Translations under genes and position numbers: made by a program
Notes under the pieces: model-generated
Told to the model about the DNA's origin: nothing
The model's database searches: none
The model's input: only the letters and a program-made list of their open reading frames with translations
Shown: piece after piece, positions 9,437-18,789 of the stretch
Numbering within the stretch: position 1 is the stretch's first letter
How the letters are laid out: each line of letters begins with the position of its first letter
Sequence record: NC_070952.1
DNA length: 64,000 nucleotides
Reading direction: 5' to 3' (one strand)

Positions 9437-11758
9437 TTATCTGAATCTAACACTTGAACCGAAACGAGAACGCTTTGCCACAATACGTTTAGAACGTTCT
9501 GTTTTTGCTTCCTCAATGATGTTATCGATTGTGATGGTTTTCTTCATCTCTTTCGGAATACATTCAGAGAGTTTGCGTATTTCAGTTTCAATACGTTCCG
9601 CAATCATGTTGTTGGTTGAGGTCATCAGTTCTTTGGTCAGGTCGTTAATACGGGATTTGACCTTAATAAAGAATTCCAATTGGTTCTTGGTGTACTGTGG
9701 AGTATCACCATTATCTTTCAAGGTAATAACTTGGGTCATGGTCATCCCCTGGGGAATCCCGTAGAACGATTTGTTATAACCGAGTTTGATAAACCAATAG
9801 GTCAACAGCCATGCAACCACCAAGTCATCGTGGGTCTTGTTACCGTGGTCAATACGCCCGTCTTTGTTAACCTCTAATCCAATCAACTCATCGACCAGAA
9901 GTTTATAACGAATCCCAGCACCTGTTAATGAAACAGCTTCATGAATAAAGCCATACATTTCACGACGTGTCTGAGGACCAGTATAGAAACCAAAGAAGCG
10001 TTTGTATTTCAGATAAAACTCTTTACTGCGATGCTTGAAATGAATCTCCATGACATCCCGGTATTCCGCTTTGTATTTGATCGGATCCTGAATAATGTCA
10101 TTAAAGATACGCTTGAATGGATCAATGTCATACGCCGGAAGGGTTAACAGGAGACGCTCGATCATGTGGGCTGCACGGTTACGTTCGATGATCAGGAGAC
10201 TGTTAGGAATACGTACCAGAAGCTCTTTTAAGATTTCTGTTACATCATCGGCAAACGCCAATGGGTAGCGACCAACTCCTAAGTTCTCACCTGACTTCAT
10301 GCGACGTGCAACTAACGTCATGGCATCTCGGTTGTTTGCGTCTGACGTATCCATACCAAAGAGAATGAACTCATCGGGATCTTCAGCGAAATTAGTCAAC
10401 CCTTCTTTAGTCACGAACCAGTCAATAAACAGACCGGTGTCATTAACTTCCTCGTTCCAAACCGCATCTTCCTTACACTCGGATAACTTCTCACGAGTAA
10501 AGTCATCAAAGAGTTTACTCTCTCCTTCTTCCGTCCACATCATCAACAAGTCAATCTTAGCCTTAGACCACGACAGACCCAGTTTATCCATTGTCTCTTT
10601 AACCCAACCATGTCCCAGACCTAACTGCAGGTGTGTAAACATCATGCCGATTTTTGGAGAAGTGGTGTTAACCGGCGCCGCTTTAATCAGGCGGTGAACG
10701 AGATGTGATTCAGAGAAACTGTCAAAGAACGCTTCACGCCACTCGGTTGATTCCATGAAGTCCCGGTGCATGTATGCGCCTTCTTCTTTCAGAATCGAGT
10801 TTGGTGTTGTGGCTTTGGCGGTAAAGTAAGGGATCCCTTTCTCACGGGCTTCCTTTTGGGCTGTCAGGGTCGCAGGACCCGAGCCGTTGATGATCTCCTC
10901 AATGAACTTGGTCCATGCTGGTTCGTCATACAACAGCCCTTCAAGTGTTGCACCACGCGAAACGTTCTCCGCACCATCACGGCCACCGGAAGGAACACGG
11001 ACCTCAAAGGTGTTCTTGTTCTCTACCCCAAAGGCTTCATAGGAGAGAACGTTACCCGCATCCTTATCTTTGTAAGTAACATTAATAAGGTATTCAGGTA
11101 ATCCTGCACGTATCTTTTTGATGGCTTCGATGAACTGCATTCGGTTCGATGCAGCAAGGGTAATCAACCCCATTCGATAACCACGACCTACAAAGTACTG
11201 CATGATAAATGCCAGTACCTGCATCCCTACCGTTTTACCGGATTGACGAGGCATCAGTATTGTAGTTGGGATGTGACACAAACATGCCCAGATAAAGGAC
11301 AATACGGCACGGTTACCACGAAAACGACGACCCCCGATCATGATCACTTCACGAATGATATACCAAATGTTTTCATTACACTCGGCATGAATCATCGCTT
11401 TGGTGACGTCATCGAGATTCTCATCCCAAGGGTCCACATCTTGCAGCATCGGGTTATTGAGCTGCAACATGAAATAATAGTTCTTAACGCCCATCCCACG
11501 AAACAATTCAGCTGTTCGTTTAAAGGATTTGTTTGAGGTATTGAGATGTACCCCGGCATTGTACCGTTGAAAGTCTTTTAAGAAGCGGACGGTTTTTAAT
11601 GTCCAGAGTGTGTCTTCTTGAAAGTGTGCGAGAACGCGGTCGTCCTCATCAGCCAACTGAGTACGTTTATTTTTATCATCCATTAAGTATTCTGGTAGGT
11701 TACTATACTTTAACCCAAGATGCTCCAGAACCTTTTTGGCTCTATCTGCTTGACTCAT
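9437..11758 (-). CDS. terL: Terminase large subunit
   Basis: Walker A PRQSGKT, Walker B LLYDEPAW, RNase H-like nuclease motifs FGMDTS and HDDLVVAW; 773 aa. Confidence 0.92.
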   Translation of the reverse strand: MSQADRAKKVLEHLGLKYSNLPEYLMDDKNKRTQLADEDDRVLAHFQEDTLWTLKTVRFLKDFQRYNAGVHLNTSNKSFKRTAELFRGMGVKNYYFMLQLNNPMLQDVDPWDENLDDVTKAMIHAECNENIWYIIREVIMIGGRRFRGNRAVLSFIWACLCHIPTTILMPRQSGKTVGMQVLAFIMQYFVGRGYRMGLITLAASNRMQFIEAIKKIRAGLPEYLINVTYKDKDAGNVLSYEAFGVENKNTFEVRVPSGGRDGAENVSRGATLEGLLYDEPAWTKFIEEIINGSGPATLTAQKEAREKGIPYFTAKATTPNSILKEEGAYMHRDFMESTEWREAFFDSFSESHLVHRLIKAAPVNTTSPKIGMMFTHLQLGLGHGWVKETMDKLGLSWSKAKIDLLMMWTEEGESKLFDDFTREKLSECKEDAVWNEEVNDTGLFIDWFVTKEGLTNFAEDPDEFILFGMDTSDANNRDAMTLVARRMKSGENLGVGRYPLAFADDVTEILKELLVRIPNSLLIIERNRAAHMIERLLLTLPAYDIDPFKRIFNDIIQDPIKYKAEYRDVMEIHFKHRSKEFYLKYKRFFGFYTGPQTRREMYGFIHEAVSLTGAGIRYKLLVDELIGLEVNKDGRIDHGNKTHDDLVVAWLLTYWFIKLGYNKSFYGIPQGMTMTQVITLKDNGDTPQYTKNQLEFFIKVKSRINDLTKELMTSTNNMIAERIETEIRKLSECIPKEMKKTITIDNIIEEAKTERSKRIVAKRSRFGSSVRFR

Positions 11759-11836
11759 AAGACATTCACCTTCGTTGGTGCAAACATAAGCTTAGAGCGC
11801 TGTACAGCGCGTTACAAAGGATAGTTTAGTTACATC

Positions 11837-11890
11837 TTAACTGAGGTCTATATTATCTAAGTGTATAACTCAATTAAATTAATTTAAAGG
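11837..11890 (+). repeat. 54-bp direct repeat copy 2 containing an early promoter and RBS
   Basis: Identical to 8767-8820. Confidence 0.95.
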
Positions 11891-11898
11891 TATTCACT

Positions 11899-12666
11899 AT
11901 GAAACTTCCAAGCCACATCATTCATACCCTGGAGTTCAGCAACTGCGATAAATTGGCTGAAACCAAATTGCCTGATGACCACAGTCGCCAAGAGCGCATC
12001 TCAGAGATTAAACAACTGGCTAAGAAATATCAGGGTGTTCCTGGGATGTTTCTTTATGTATCTTTCAAATTAGAACAACTCAATGGTTTCACTGATGAGT
12101 TCTACCAGGAATGGGTAAAGCTCATAAAAGAAATTGAGGCAACAGAAGAAAAAGGAATTGCTTTGTTGGCGATTCCTGAAAATGAACTTCCCAAAGATGT
12201 TCACGGGAATAAAGCTGATTTGGAAACTCATTCTAAATCCCCTGAACATAAATTACTTGAAAAACAAATCTGTGGTTTGACCAATGCTCCTGATTTCACT
12301 ATGTCAGAAAAAGATCATACAACTTTCTTGCAGATAGTGAAAGGAATGACTTTTGAAGCAGGGACTTCAGAGATGGCGTTGGCTTTTATTACCGTTGCCA
12401 TAATGGATAAAGACAAACTTATCATTGAGCGAGATAAGCGTGAGGAAGATTTCCCGGTATTGATCAACATCATTGTTGATATCTACCGCCATGCCTCCGA
12501 TGCCAAATCCACGCTTCTTTTAACAAAAGAAGCTTTAGAACGCCACATTAATCATCCTGATGTCGCGTTTAAACTTGCTCTCTTTAGTGGGGTAACTAGT
12601 TTCAAAGATGTGATCCATCTGGTCCGTAAACCTAACCAACCACAACTTTCTTTAATTAAGGAATGA
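11899..12666 (+). CDS. Hypothetical early protein
   Basis: 255-aa helical ORF just after repeat copy 2. Confidence 0.75.
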   Translation: MKLPSHIIHTLEFSNCDKLAETKLPDDHSRQERISEIKQLAKKYQGVPGMFLYVSFKLEQLNGFTDEFYQEWVKLIKEIEATEEKGIALLAIPENELPKDVHGNKADLETHSKSPEHKLLEKQICGLTNAPDFTMSEKDHTTFLQIVKGMTFEAGTSEMALAFITVAIMDKDKLIIERDKREEDFPVLINIIVDIYRHASDAKSTLLLTKEALERHINHPDVAFKLALFSGVTSFKDVIHLVRKPNQPQLSLIKE

Positions 12667-13238
12667 ACATGAATACTGAACTGAAGAAGTTTTTGGACTT
12701 TATTCTGAATCCTGAAAATCGTTTTGATATCAACAACTATATCGCTAGTCGCAAGATTAACGATAACAACTTAACCCTGACCTGTGGTTATTTAAATGGC
12801 GCGGCTTGGATCTTGGGTGTCGCATTTGATCAGTTGATCAAAGTGCGTTTTAACTACTTCGAGCACAGTTGTGGTTTCTACGTCAATATTGACGGGACTG
12901 AGTTGACAAGTACAGTTTCTAAGTTTGTGCTGGACCACTTCTTCACCAACGGTGTATTGTTGGGTCATCCTGACCAACCGTCAACATTAAGACCAGTTAA
13001 AGACATGAACTATTATATTTGGGAGGCAGTGGTCATTGATGTTCAGACGCTGTGCTTCCTCAAACTTATCTCTGATGATCTGTACCGCGAAGCTGCGAAC
13101 ATCAGTAAAGAAACAGTTGAGGGTAATTTCTTCAGCGATGAACTAAAAGAGCGCGCTTGCAAAGTTGAATTTGAAGTTTCTAAATATCGTAAAGAGCTTG
13201 ACGCTCATTATGGTAATGAAGATAAAGCCCGAATCTAA
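12663..13238 (+). CDS. Hypothetical protein
   Basis: 191 aa, ATGA overlap with the previous gene. Confidence 0.75.
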   Translation: MNMNTELKKFLDFILNPENRFDINNYIASRKINDNNLTLTCGYLNGAAWILGVAFDQLIKVRFNYFEHSCGFYVNIDGTELTSTVSKFVLDHFFTNGVLLGHPDQPSTLRPVKDMNYYIWEAVVIDVQTLCFLKLISDDLYREAANISKETVEGNFFSDELKERACKVEFEVSKYRKELDAHYGNEDKARI

Positions 13239-13248
13239 ATAAAGACTT

Positions 13249-13276
13249 CCTCTACTCTCCGTCAGGAGAGTAGAGG
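13249..13276. terminator. Bidirectional terminator
   Basis: CCTCTACTCTCC-GTCA-GGAGAGTAGAGG between convergent genes. Confidence 0.8.
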
Positions 13277-13297
13277 ATCTTAATCAATTATTTTTTT

Positions 13298-13921
13298 TTA
13301 TTCTGGGATCAACGACGGGTCGATAATCGCCACAATTTCATCCACCGTTGTTTCTGGTGTAATGAAATGCACTTTAACGTCTGGATTGCTAAAAGTAATC
13401 CATTGGATTGCGGTGAGGTAATCTTCTTTGAGTTTCATCCAGTTGCCTGGGTCCATCAAAGCTTTCTCTTTCTCATCCGCGACACGGTCAGATACCGCTA
13501 AACGTTCAAGGTAAGTATCGTGATCGATGTCCAAGAAGAACAGGTGATCAGGATAAATATCGTGCCATTGATCTTGAAGGGTCTGTGCCATGAAGTTCAG
13601 GATATTCAAAGGACGGTTATACACGCCTTCGCCTACCTGATAGACCATGGTGCTCACAACAGAACGATCACCAATAACACCCGGTGAGTGGCGGTTAGGG
13701 GTGATCACATCGCGGAAGGCTTCCAGACGGTTTGCAGCTAACAGAAAAATCTCTGTTTCTTTATTAAAAGTATTATTGATAATTGCGTTCTTTACTGCTT
13801 TCGCGTTTTCCGATTCAGTAAAAGGTTCCGCAACTAAGCGATAGCCCAGACGTTCAGCAACCTTTTTAGTTAAGGTTGATTTACCAGCAAAGTCTGGTCC
13901 TTCAAACACAATGTATGACAT
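13298..13921 (-). CDS. tmk: Thymidylate (dTMP) kinase
   Basis: P-loop FEGPDFAGKST, LLAANR, GDRSVVSTMVYQ motifs. Confidence 0.92.
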   Translation of the reverse strand: MSYIVFEGPDFAGKSTLTKKVAERLGYRLVAEPFTESENAKAVKNAIINNTFNKETEIFLLAANRLEAFRDVITPNRHSPGVIGDRSVVSTMVYQVGEGVYNRPLNILNFMAQTLQDQWHDIYPDHLFFLDIDHDTYLERLAVSDRVADEKEKALMDPGNWMKLKEDYLTAIQWITFSNPDVKVHFITPETTVDEIVAIIDPSLIPE

Positions 13922-13922
13922 G

Positions 13923-15377
13923 TTAGGTCATTGACTCCATAACAAGAGTACGGAGGACGATATAAAGCATCAGGCTGGTACGTAGAGACGTGATCTTAAT
14001 CTCGGTCTTAATACCGGTCATGGCTTTAACAAGCTCGTCACCGTTCGTTCTGAGCCGCAAGAGAAGGGCATTGGAAGATTTATTAGATGTGTACGCACCC
14101 CGCAACTTGAAGAACACATTCTTCAGGTCTTGATGTCGAATCGCATTTGTAGAAAGGTATTCAAACAAATGGGTGGTGACGTCATCAACAAACTCCCGAT
14201 ACTTTTCCCCTTTGGCATGAGCATACTGACTTGGGAAATCCCGAATGATCATTTCGAGTTTATCTTCATCGGTACGGGGAATTGCTTTAGCAGCATAAGT
14301 TACCAGTTCCTGTTTATAAAAACTATTCACATCCATTAAAACGTTGGAGATGTAGTTCTTATATTTGGTCTCGCGTTTCTGAACATCTTTAATATTCAGT
14401 TCGCCATCCATCACAGCCAGACCGGAATCGGTTTCTACCAGATCAGCGGAATCCTTAATCTCATACAGCACTTTGGTGTAATCGTTGACCACACCTTTGA
14501 GACGGGACTCCATATCGTTGACCATGTACACCAGTTTCTTATCGTTGTCCATCTTAGCGAAGGCATCGAAGTGAATACCGGTACGAGGATCAATGATAAA
14601 CTCACCACGGGCTTTAAACAGATCAGTCCATGAACCGTACTTCTTAATATCAAACTTCAAGGAGAGCTTGTTATAGGCCGTAATGGCCACACTTGGTTTT
14701 ACCAGGTAACCGAAGTAGTGGTTCATGATCGACGTCATGATACGGTAGTGGAATAACATCACCAGGTTTACTAACGCATCGTCTTTCACGTTCTTTGGAA
14801 GATCGGAAATATAGACACGGTGCATCAGATAAATGATGGACAAGTTAAAGGCTTCTGATGACACTTTAAAGTCTTTGTTAATCCATTTGGTTTTGATAAG
14901 CTCATCGCGCAGACGCACTTCATCCACATCAATAATGTCACGGAAGAAGGTCACACGGTCACCGGTCTTAAACAGCACGCGGTGAGTACCGAGATACGGG
15001 GAACCAAAGAACTCAGTGTGGTCATTGTCTTTGGTAGCAAACCCATAGACGTACCGACGAAGTGTTGATACCCAACGTTGGTTAATCACCAGATCATCGA
15101 CCAATCCATCAAAGATCTCTTTAACGGCATTGTCACGGTCGTAAACAAAGTTAGGAGCAAGTGCTTCCAGGCCAGCGATATATTCGATGTTGTCATTGAA
15201 TGACTCCATCCCACCGTAAGCATTGTACCGTATAACTGGAGCAAAAAGGGAAAGGGGATCTTTTCGGGTTTCCATCCCCGCGATAAGTTCGCGCAGCTCT
15301 TGTTCAGATAACTGGTTTTCTTCCTGATCGACTGACATCAAGCCAGTATAAATGTTACCGCTTAACAATGCAGTCAT
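13923..15377 (-). CDS. Conserved jumbo-phage protein, probably virion-associated
   Basis: 484-aa clean ORF in an operon downstream of a late-type promoter motif. Confidence 0.5.
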   Translation of the reverse strand: MTALLSGNIYTGLMSVDQEENQLSEQELRELIAGMETRKDPLSLFAPVIRYNAYGGMESFNDNIEYIAGLEALAPNFVYDRDNAVKEIFDGLVDDLVINQRWVSTLRRYVYGFATKDNDHTEFFGSPYLGTHRVLFKTGDRVTFFRDIIDVDEVRLRDELIKTKWINKDFKVSSEAFNLSIIYLMHRVYISDLPKNVKDDALVNLVMLFHYRIMTSIMNHYFGYLVKPSVAITAYNKLSLKFDIKKYGSWTDLFKARGEFIIDPRTGIHFDAFAKMDNDKKLVYMVNDMESRLKGVVNDYTKVLYEIKDSADLVETDSGLAVMDGELNIKDVQKRETKYKNYISNVLMDVNSFYKQELVTYAAKAIPRTDEDKLEMIIRDFPSQYAHAKGEKYREFVDDVTTHLFEYLSTNAIRHQDLKNVFFKLRGAYTSNKSSNALLLRLRTNGDELVKAMTGIKTEIKITSLRTSLMLYIVLRTLVMESMT

Positions 15378-16231
15378 TATCGTTTCCTTGGAACAATCAT
15401 TTTCAACTGGTCGGTTTTACCTTTGGCATCAGCATACGCCATATACTTCTTCATTCGTTCATTATAGAACTCTTTGAATTGCTGAGCAGCATCTGAGTAT
15501 CCTTGAATATCATCTTGGACATCATCAACGGTAACACCGAAACGAGAAACGGCTTCTTGCATCCCACGACGACAGGTCTTATAGATGTACGCTTTCACAC
15601 CCAGCTCAACCAACTCGGCAAACTTGTCGAACATCTTAGTGGGGACACCATTAAAGTTCTCGTCGTAAGACAAGATCACTTTAGCGATCATGTTAAACAT
15701 GGCAGAACCGGCATCACGAATAATAAAGGAGTTAGGTCCTACCATCGTGAAGCTGTTAAACGAACGGGTGACATTACTGTCCGTCAATCCGCTGATCAAT
15801 CGGTTCATGCTGTTGTTCATCGCACTGGCACCGCAACTGGCGTAGTTACCAAAGTTATAGCCGTTAGCGACAGCCCGGTTAATGTTACCAGGGTACACTT
15901 CCACCACTTCTAAGATACGACGACCACCTGTTAGGAAATCAGGGACGTTAACCCAAATGACTCCACCGGCCAGATTTTCAATCTGAGCACCAGAAAGATC
16001 GATGATCTCAGTTTGACCACCGGCCACCTGAAGCAATGGCGCTACCATCTTGTTAACGACTTTCTCACGGATACCTTGCTCAACAGTGAACGAGTCATTA
16101 CTTGGTCCCCAGATACCACCGTACCCATTGTTGGGATTATAGAAGGCAAGCTTCAATAAATAATCGGTAATGTCCGTGGGTCCATTTATTACATAGTCGA
16201 TAGCAAAATCGACTGGGTTGCTTAAACTCAT
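15377..16231 (-). CDS. Conserved jumbo-phage protein, probably virion-associated
   Basis: 284 aa, GAGGT RBS, CGTATG motif at 16281-16286 on the minus strand. Confidence 0.5.
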   Translation of the reverse strand: MSLSNPVDFAIDYVINGPTDITDYLLKLAFYNPNNGYGGIWGPSNDSFTVEQGIREKVVNKMVAPLLQVAGGQTEIIDLSGAQIENLAGGVIWVNVPDFLTGGRRILEVVEVYPGNINRAVANGYNFGNYASCGASAMNNSMNRLISGLTDSNVTRSFNSFTMVGPNSFIIRDAGSAMFNMIAKVILSYDENFNGVPTKMFDKFAELVELGVKAYIYKTCRRGMQEAVSRFGVTVDDVQDDIQGYSDAAQQFKEFYNERMKKYMAYADAKGKTDQLKMIVPRKR

Positions 16232-16346
16232 AGTTACCTCTATTTCGAAATAGTCTTATTACAAAGATAATAAGATGTCTCATACGTTATCCATCCTAGG
16301 ACACATATGGAACGAGCTCATATGATCAAAGAGAAAACCATGCATA

Positions 16347-16377
16347 AACCCCCACCCCCGTGAGGAGGTGGGGGGTT
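16347..16377 (-). terminator. GC-rich terminator-like hairpin
   Basis: AACCCCCACCCCC-GTGA-GGAGGTGGGGGGTT; stem is better on the minus strand (C-A becomes G-U), where T-rich sequence follows. Confidence 0.6.
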
Positions 16378-16379
16378 AA

Positions 16380-17375
16380 GATATTGTTACCCAGCTTTGG
16401 TGTTTATAAACACCCTAGAAAAGACTCTGCGTAAATAACACGGGTGCCCCCGATCCATTACGAAAATCCTTAATAGGCTGTCTACTCTACTGATTGACAA
16501 CTTCTCCCTTGGCATAGGGAGCGGACTGTTTATTATCCACAAGGTACCGCTTGCCAACGGGCCATAGGAATAATGCTGACGTTCCTCTAGAATCGTAGAT
16601 TGAGGCTGCTCCTCACAGTTAAGGCGGAGCGATTCATGACGGATCTGTCAGGAGTTGGAGTCTCCAGATAACAGAACCCGTTTCGTCACTTTGTTTGTCA
16701 TCGCGGACTCATCAGATGGTTACGATGCCCCCACCACGGGAGAAATCCACTCCATATCACGGAGAGCAGATAAGGTTGAGAATCTTGATATCACCCAGGA
16801 AGACTAGCAAGTCTCCTGCTTTAGCCGCCTTTGATGCAACGTAAATGTGCTCGGCGGTTACCCTACGGTTTTCGTTCAAGATTCTCAAGAGGTTGTACCA
16901 ATGGTTGAAACACTGTGAGCGCTTATCCGTCAGGTATAATTAAAGCTCTATCTGGATATCAGCCACTGGTACAAAGAGGTTAACGACGACGGATCATCGT
17001 TAAGGAAAGGGCGCAACTTACCCATTTCTAAAGATGTTGTATCCTAATGGTGTTCCCATGGAATGTTTCGGGTTCGTTTCCAATTACTCGGCGTTATCGC
17101 CAAAGTGTCCTGAGCTTGGACGAAGGGAACCTATTCTCTTTAGACGCGTTGCAATGATACAGTAATTTTCAAACTATTGTATCGCCCACCAAGAGCTACT
17201 TCAATTAGTGAACTTAAGTCACCGTTCACTCTTGGATTTAACCCAGCAGTGCAACCTGCCGAGCATTGCCCTCGTTACTACCCACACCTGGATAACAAGG
17301 GTCTTACAAACGAATATAACGGGGTGATGAAACCATGTCGGTCCGCAGACCGGCAATCAGTTACACTCGAATGAA
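16380..17375. ncRNA. Candidate ~1-kb structured non-coding RNA, family not recognised
   Basis: No credible ORF; many nested helices (13-bp 16776-16788/16876-16888; 16893-16908/16959-16974; 16822-16829/16853-16860; 17027-17034/17137-17144); less AT-rich than other intergenic spacers. Confidence 0.65.
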
Positions 17376-17388
17376 TTACATAATATAC

Positions 17389-18006
17389 TTATGATATATG
17401 AAATCCTGGGGTGTTAGGATCTTGGTCTTCACGAACAACGATTAGCTGTGTGTACCGAGTATCTAATTTTCCCGTGGTCGCATCAACTTTACGCCAACTT
17501 TTGGATGTGGAGCGTGTATCGAGATACCAAGTCACCGTAACCATTTCGTCTACGGGCTTGAGTACGTTAGGATTTTTACCTTCTCTAACGGTGATGAATT
17601 CCAAATGAGAATACGACATACCACAATCTCGAACATACGCCATTTTTAACGCGGTATCACCACAGATGTCCAGGCTAAACCATTTTGTTTCGCGTTTGTC
17701 GCGATACCACACTTTAAGTGGGGCTTGCTTATGGATAACTGTAATTGTCTTACCGTCATCGCCAATGATGTACGCTTCCTGATCTTCAAAAATAAAGATC
17801 GGTTTACCTCCGTTTTTAGACCAGTTTAATACGGCCACAACACCCGGTTCAGGAGTTTCCTCCTCATAACCAAATGTTCTTTTACCGAAACTACCGTTCA
17901 TATCAGGATGAACCACAGTAAAGTCAGCGCATAAGTGGACATAATCAGTATCTGTAGTTCCGTCTTCGCAAAGGGTAATTTTCTTCAGTAACATATTTTC
18001 TCTCAC
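17389..18006 (-). CDS. Hypothetical protein
   Basis: 205-aa ORF in the minus-strand cluster. Confidence 0.65.
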   Translation of the reverse strand: MRENMLLKKITLCEDGTTDTDYVHLCADFTVVHPDMNGSFGKRTFGYEEETPEPGVVAVLNWSKNGGKPIFIFEDQEAYIIGDDGKTITVIHKQAPLKVWYRDKRETKWFSLDICGDTALKMAYVRDCGMSYSHLEFITVREGKNPNVLKPVDEMVTVTWYLDTRSTSKSWRKVDATTGKLDTRYTQLIVVREDQDPNTPGFHIS

Positions 18007-18055
18007 AGTTAGTAGTAGTGGTCGGAGATCAAAATAGAAATAGGGTATTGCTACC

Positions 18056-18193
18056 CTACACGTTTAACTTATATCCTTCTTTAACTTTGGTCATACTGAA
18101 TGCACCACCATCGCCATCAAGGTATAAGGTTTTTTCAGCATTCTGATTTTGGCGTCGGATCTTTTCTTTCAAAGAAGTCTTTTTCTTTTTCAT
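18056..18193 (-). CDS. Small basic protein (45 aa), not in ORF track
   Basis: MKKKKTSLKEKIRRQNQNAEKTLYLDGDGGAFSMTKVKEGYKLNV; fills the operon gap. Confidence 0.5.
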   Translation of the reverse strand: MKKKKTSLKEKIRRQNQNAEKTLYLDGDGGAFSMTKVKEGYKLNV

Positions 18194-18220
18194 GGTCAAA
18201 ATTTATCGCCTTTATCAAAA

Positions 18221-18358
18221 TTAGATTTTACAACCTTCGCAGTCGGCTTCATCACCGATAGCAGCGGCTTCTTTGTTTGCCTCGTCCTGACGCTCTTTAT
18301 TGCGAGCTTCAGCTTCATCGAGACCATCAAATGCCAAATCGTCTAAATCGAAATCCAC
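18221..18358 (-). CDS. Small acidic CxxC peptide resembling the class I RNR alpha C-terminal redox tail (45 aa), not in ORF track
   Basis: GTG start with GAGGA RBS inside the grx 3' end; MDFDLDDLAFDGLDEAEARNKERQDEANKEAAAIGDEADCEGCKI. Confidence 0.7.
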   Translation of the reverse strand: MDFDLDDLAFDGLDEAEARNKERQDEANKEAAAIGDEADCEGCKI

Positions 18359-18362
18359 AGTT

Positions 18363-18617
18363 CTATTCCTCTACTTCGGGCTTATTAGGCTTATTAAGAT
18401 AAGACACCAAATCAGTATAACCACCGACATGAACATCATCAACAAAGATCTGAGGAACGGAAGTAACAGGACCACCCACGATCTTTTCAAGACCTTCTTT
18501 ACCGAGGCCTGTTTCAATGATATCAATATATTCGTTATCGACATCGCGTTCCTCTACCAACTGTTTAGCGCGTTTACAAAAGACGCACTGATCCTTACCA
18601 TAAATTACAACTTTCAT
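18363..18617 (-). CDS. grx: Glutaredoxin (Grx/NrdC-like)
   Basis: 84 aa; IYGKDQCVFCKRAK active site, SVPQIFV, GGYTDL motifs. Confidence 0.93.
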   Translation of the reverse strand: MKVVIYGKDQCVFCKRAKQLVEERDVDNEYIDIIETGLGKEGLEKIVGGPVTSVPQIFVDDVHVGGYTDLVSYLNKPNKPEVEE

Positions 18618-18784
18618 TTCTTTTTCTTCCTGGTTAATTTCTGGCGGTCACGGATATTGGAGACCTTTTCTAATCTGCGGTGAATACTGTTAAGCAGGTT
18701 AGGAGTATATCCAATAGATCCGCCTACGTCGGTGTTAACCAACGGAACCTCATTCATAACCAATTTACTGGTTGAAAGAATCAT
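18614..18784 (-). CDS. Small hypothetical protein with basic C-terminus
   Basis: Likely real start MILSTSKLV (56 aa) inside the listed 112-aa ORF; ATGA overlap with grx. Confidence 0.5.
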   Translation of the reverse strand: MILSTSKLVMNEVPLVNTDVGGSIGYTPNLLNSIHRRLEKVSNIRDRQKLTRKKKK

Positions 18785-18789
18785 GATAA

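Noticed and set aside
16671-16680. ACAGAACCCG matches the 3' conserved motif of bacterial RNase P RNA, with AGGCTGCT and GAGCGATT-like words nearby
   Set aside because: No GAGGAAAGTCC P4 partner upstream able to pair with it, and the other motif-like words are out of order; not callable as RNase P without a covariance search.
16815-16844. Frame reading ...PALAAFDAT-stop, reminiscent of a tmRNA tag (ALAA)
   Set aside because: ALAA is not followed by a stop and no tmRNA tRNA-like ends bracket it.
17177-17374. 65-aa + strand ORF in the ORF track
   Set aside because: No RBS, atypical composition, lies in strongly base-paired sequence; likely spurious.
16380-17375. Possible group I/II intron or retron ncRNA
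   Set aside because: No interrupted host gene, no recognisable P7/R-S or domain V motifs, and no reverse transcriptase or homing endonuclease in the window.
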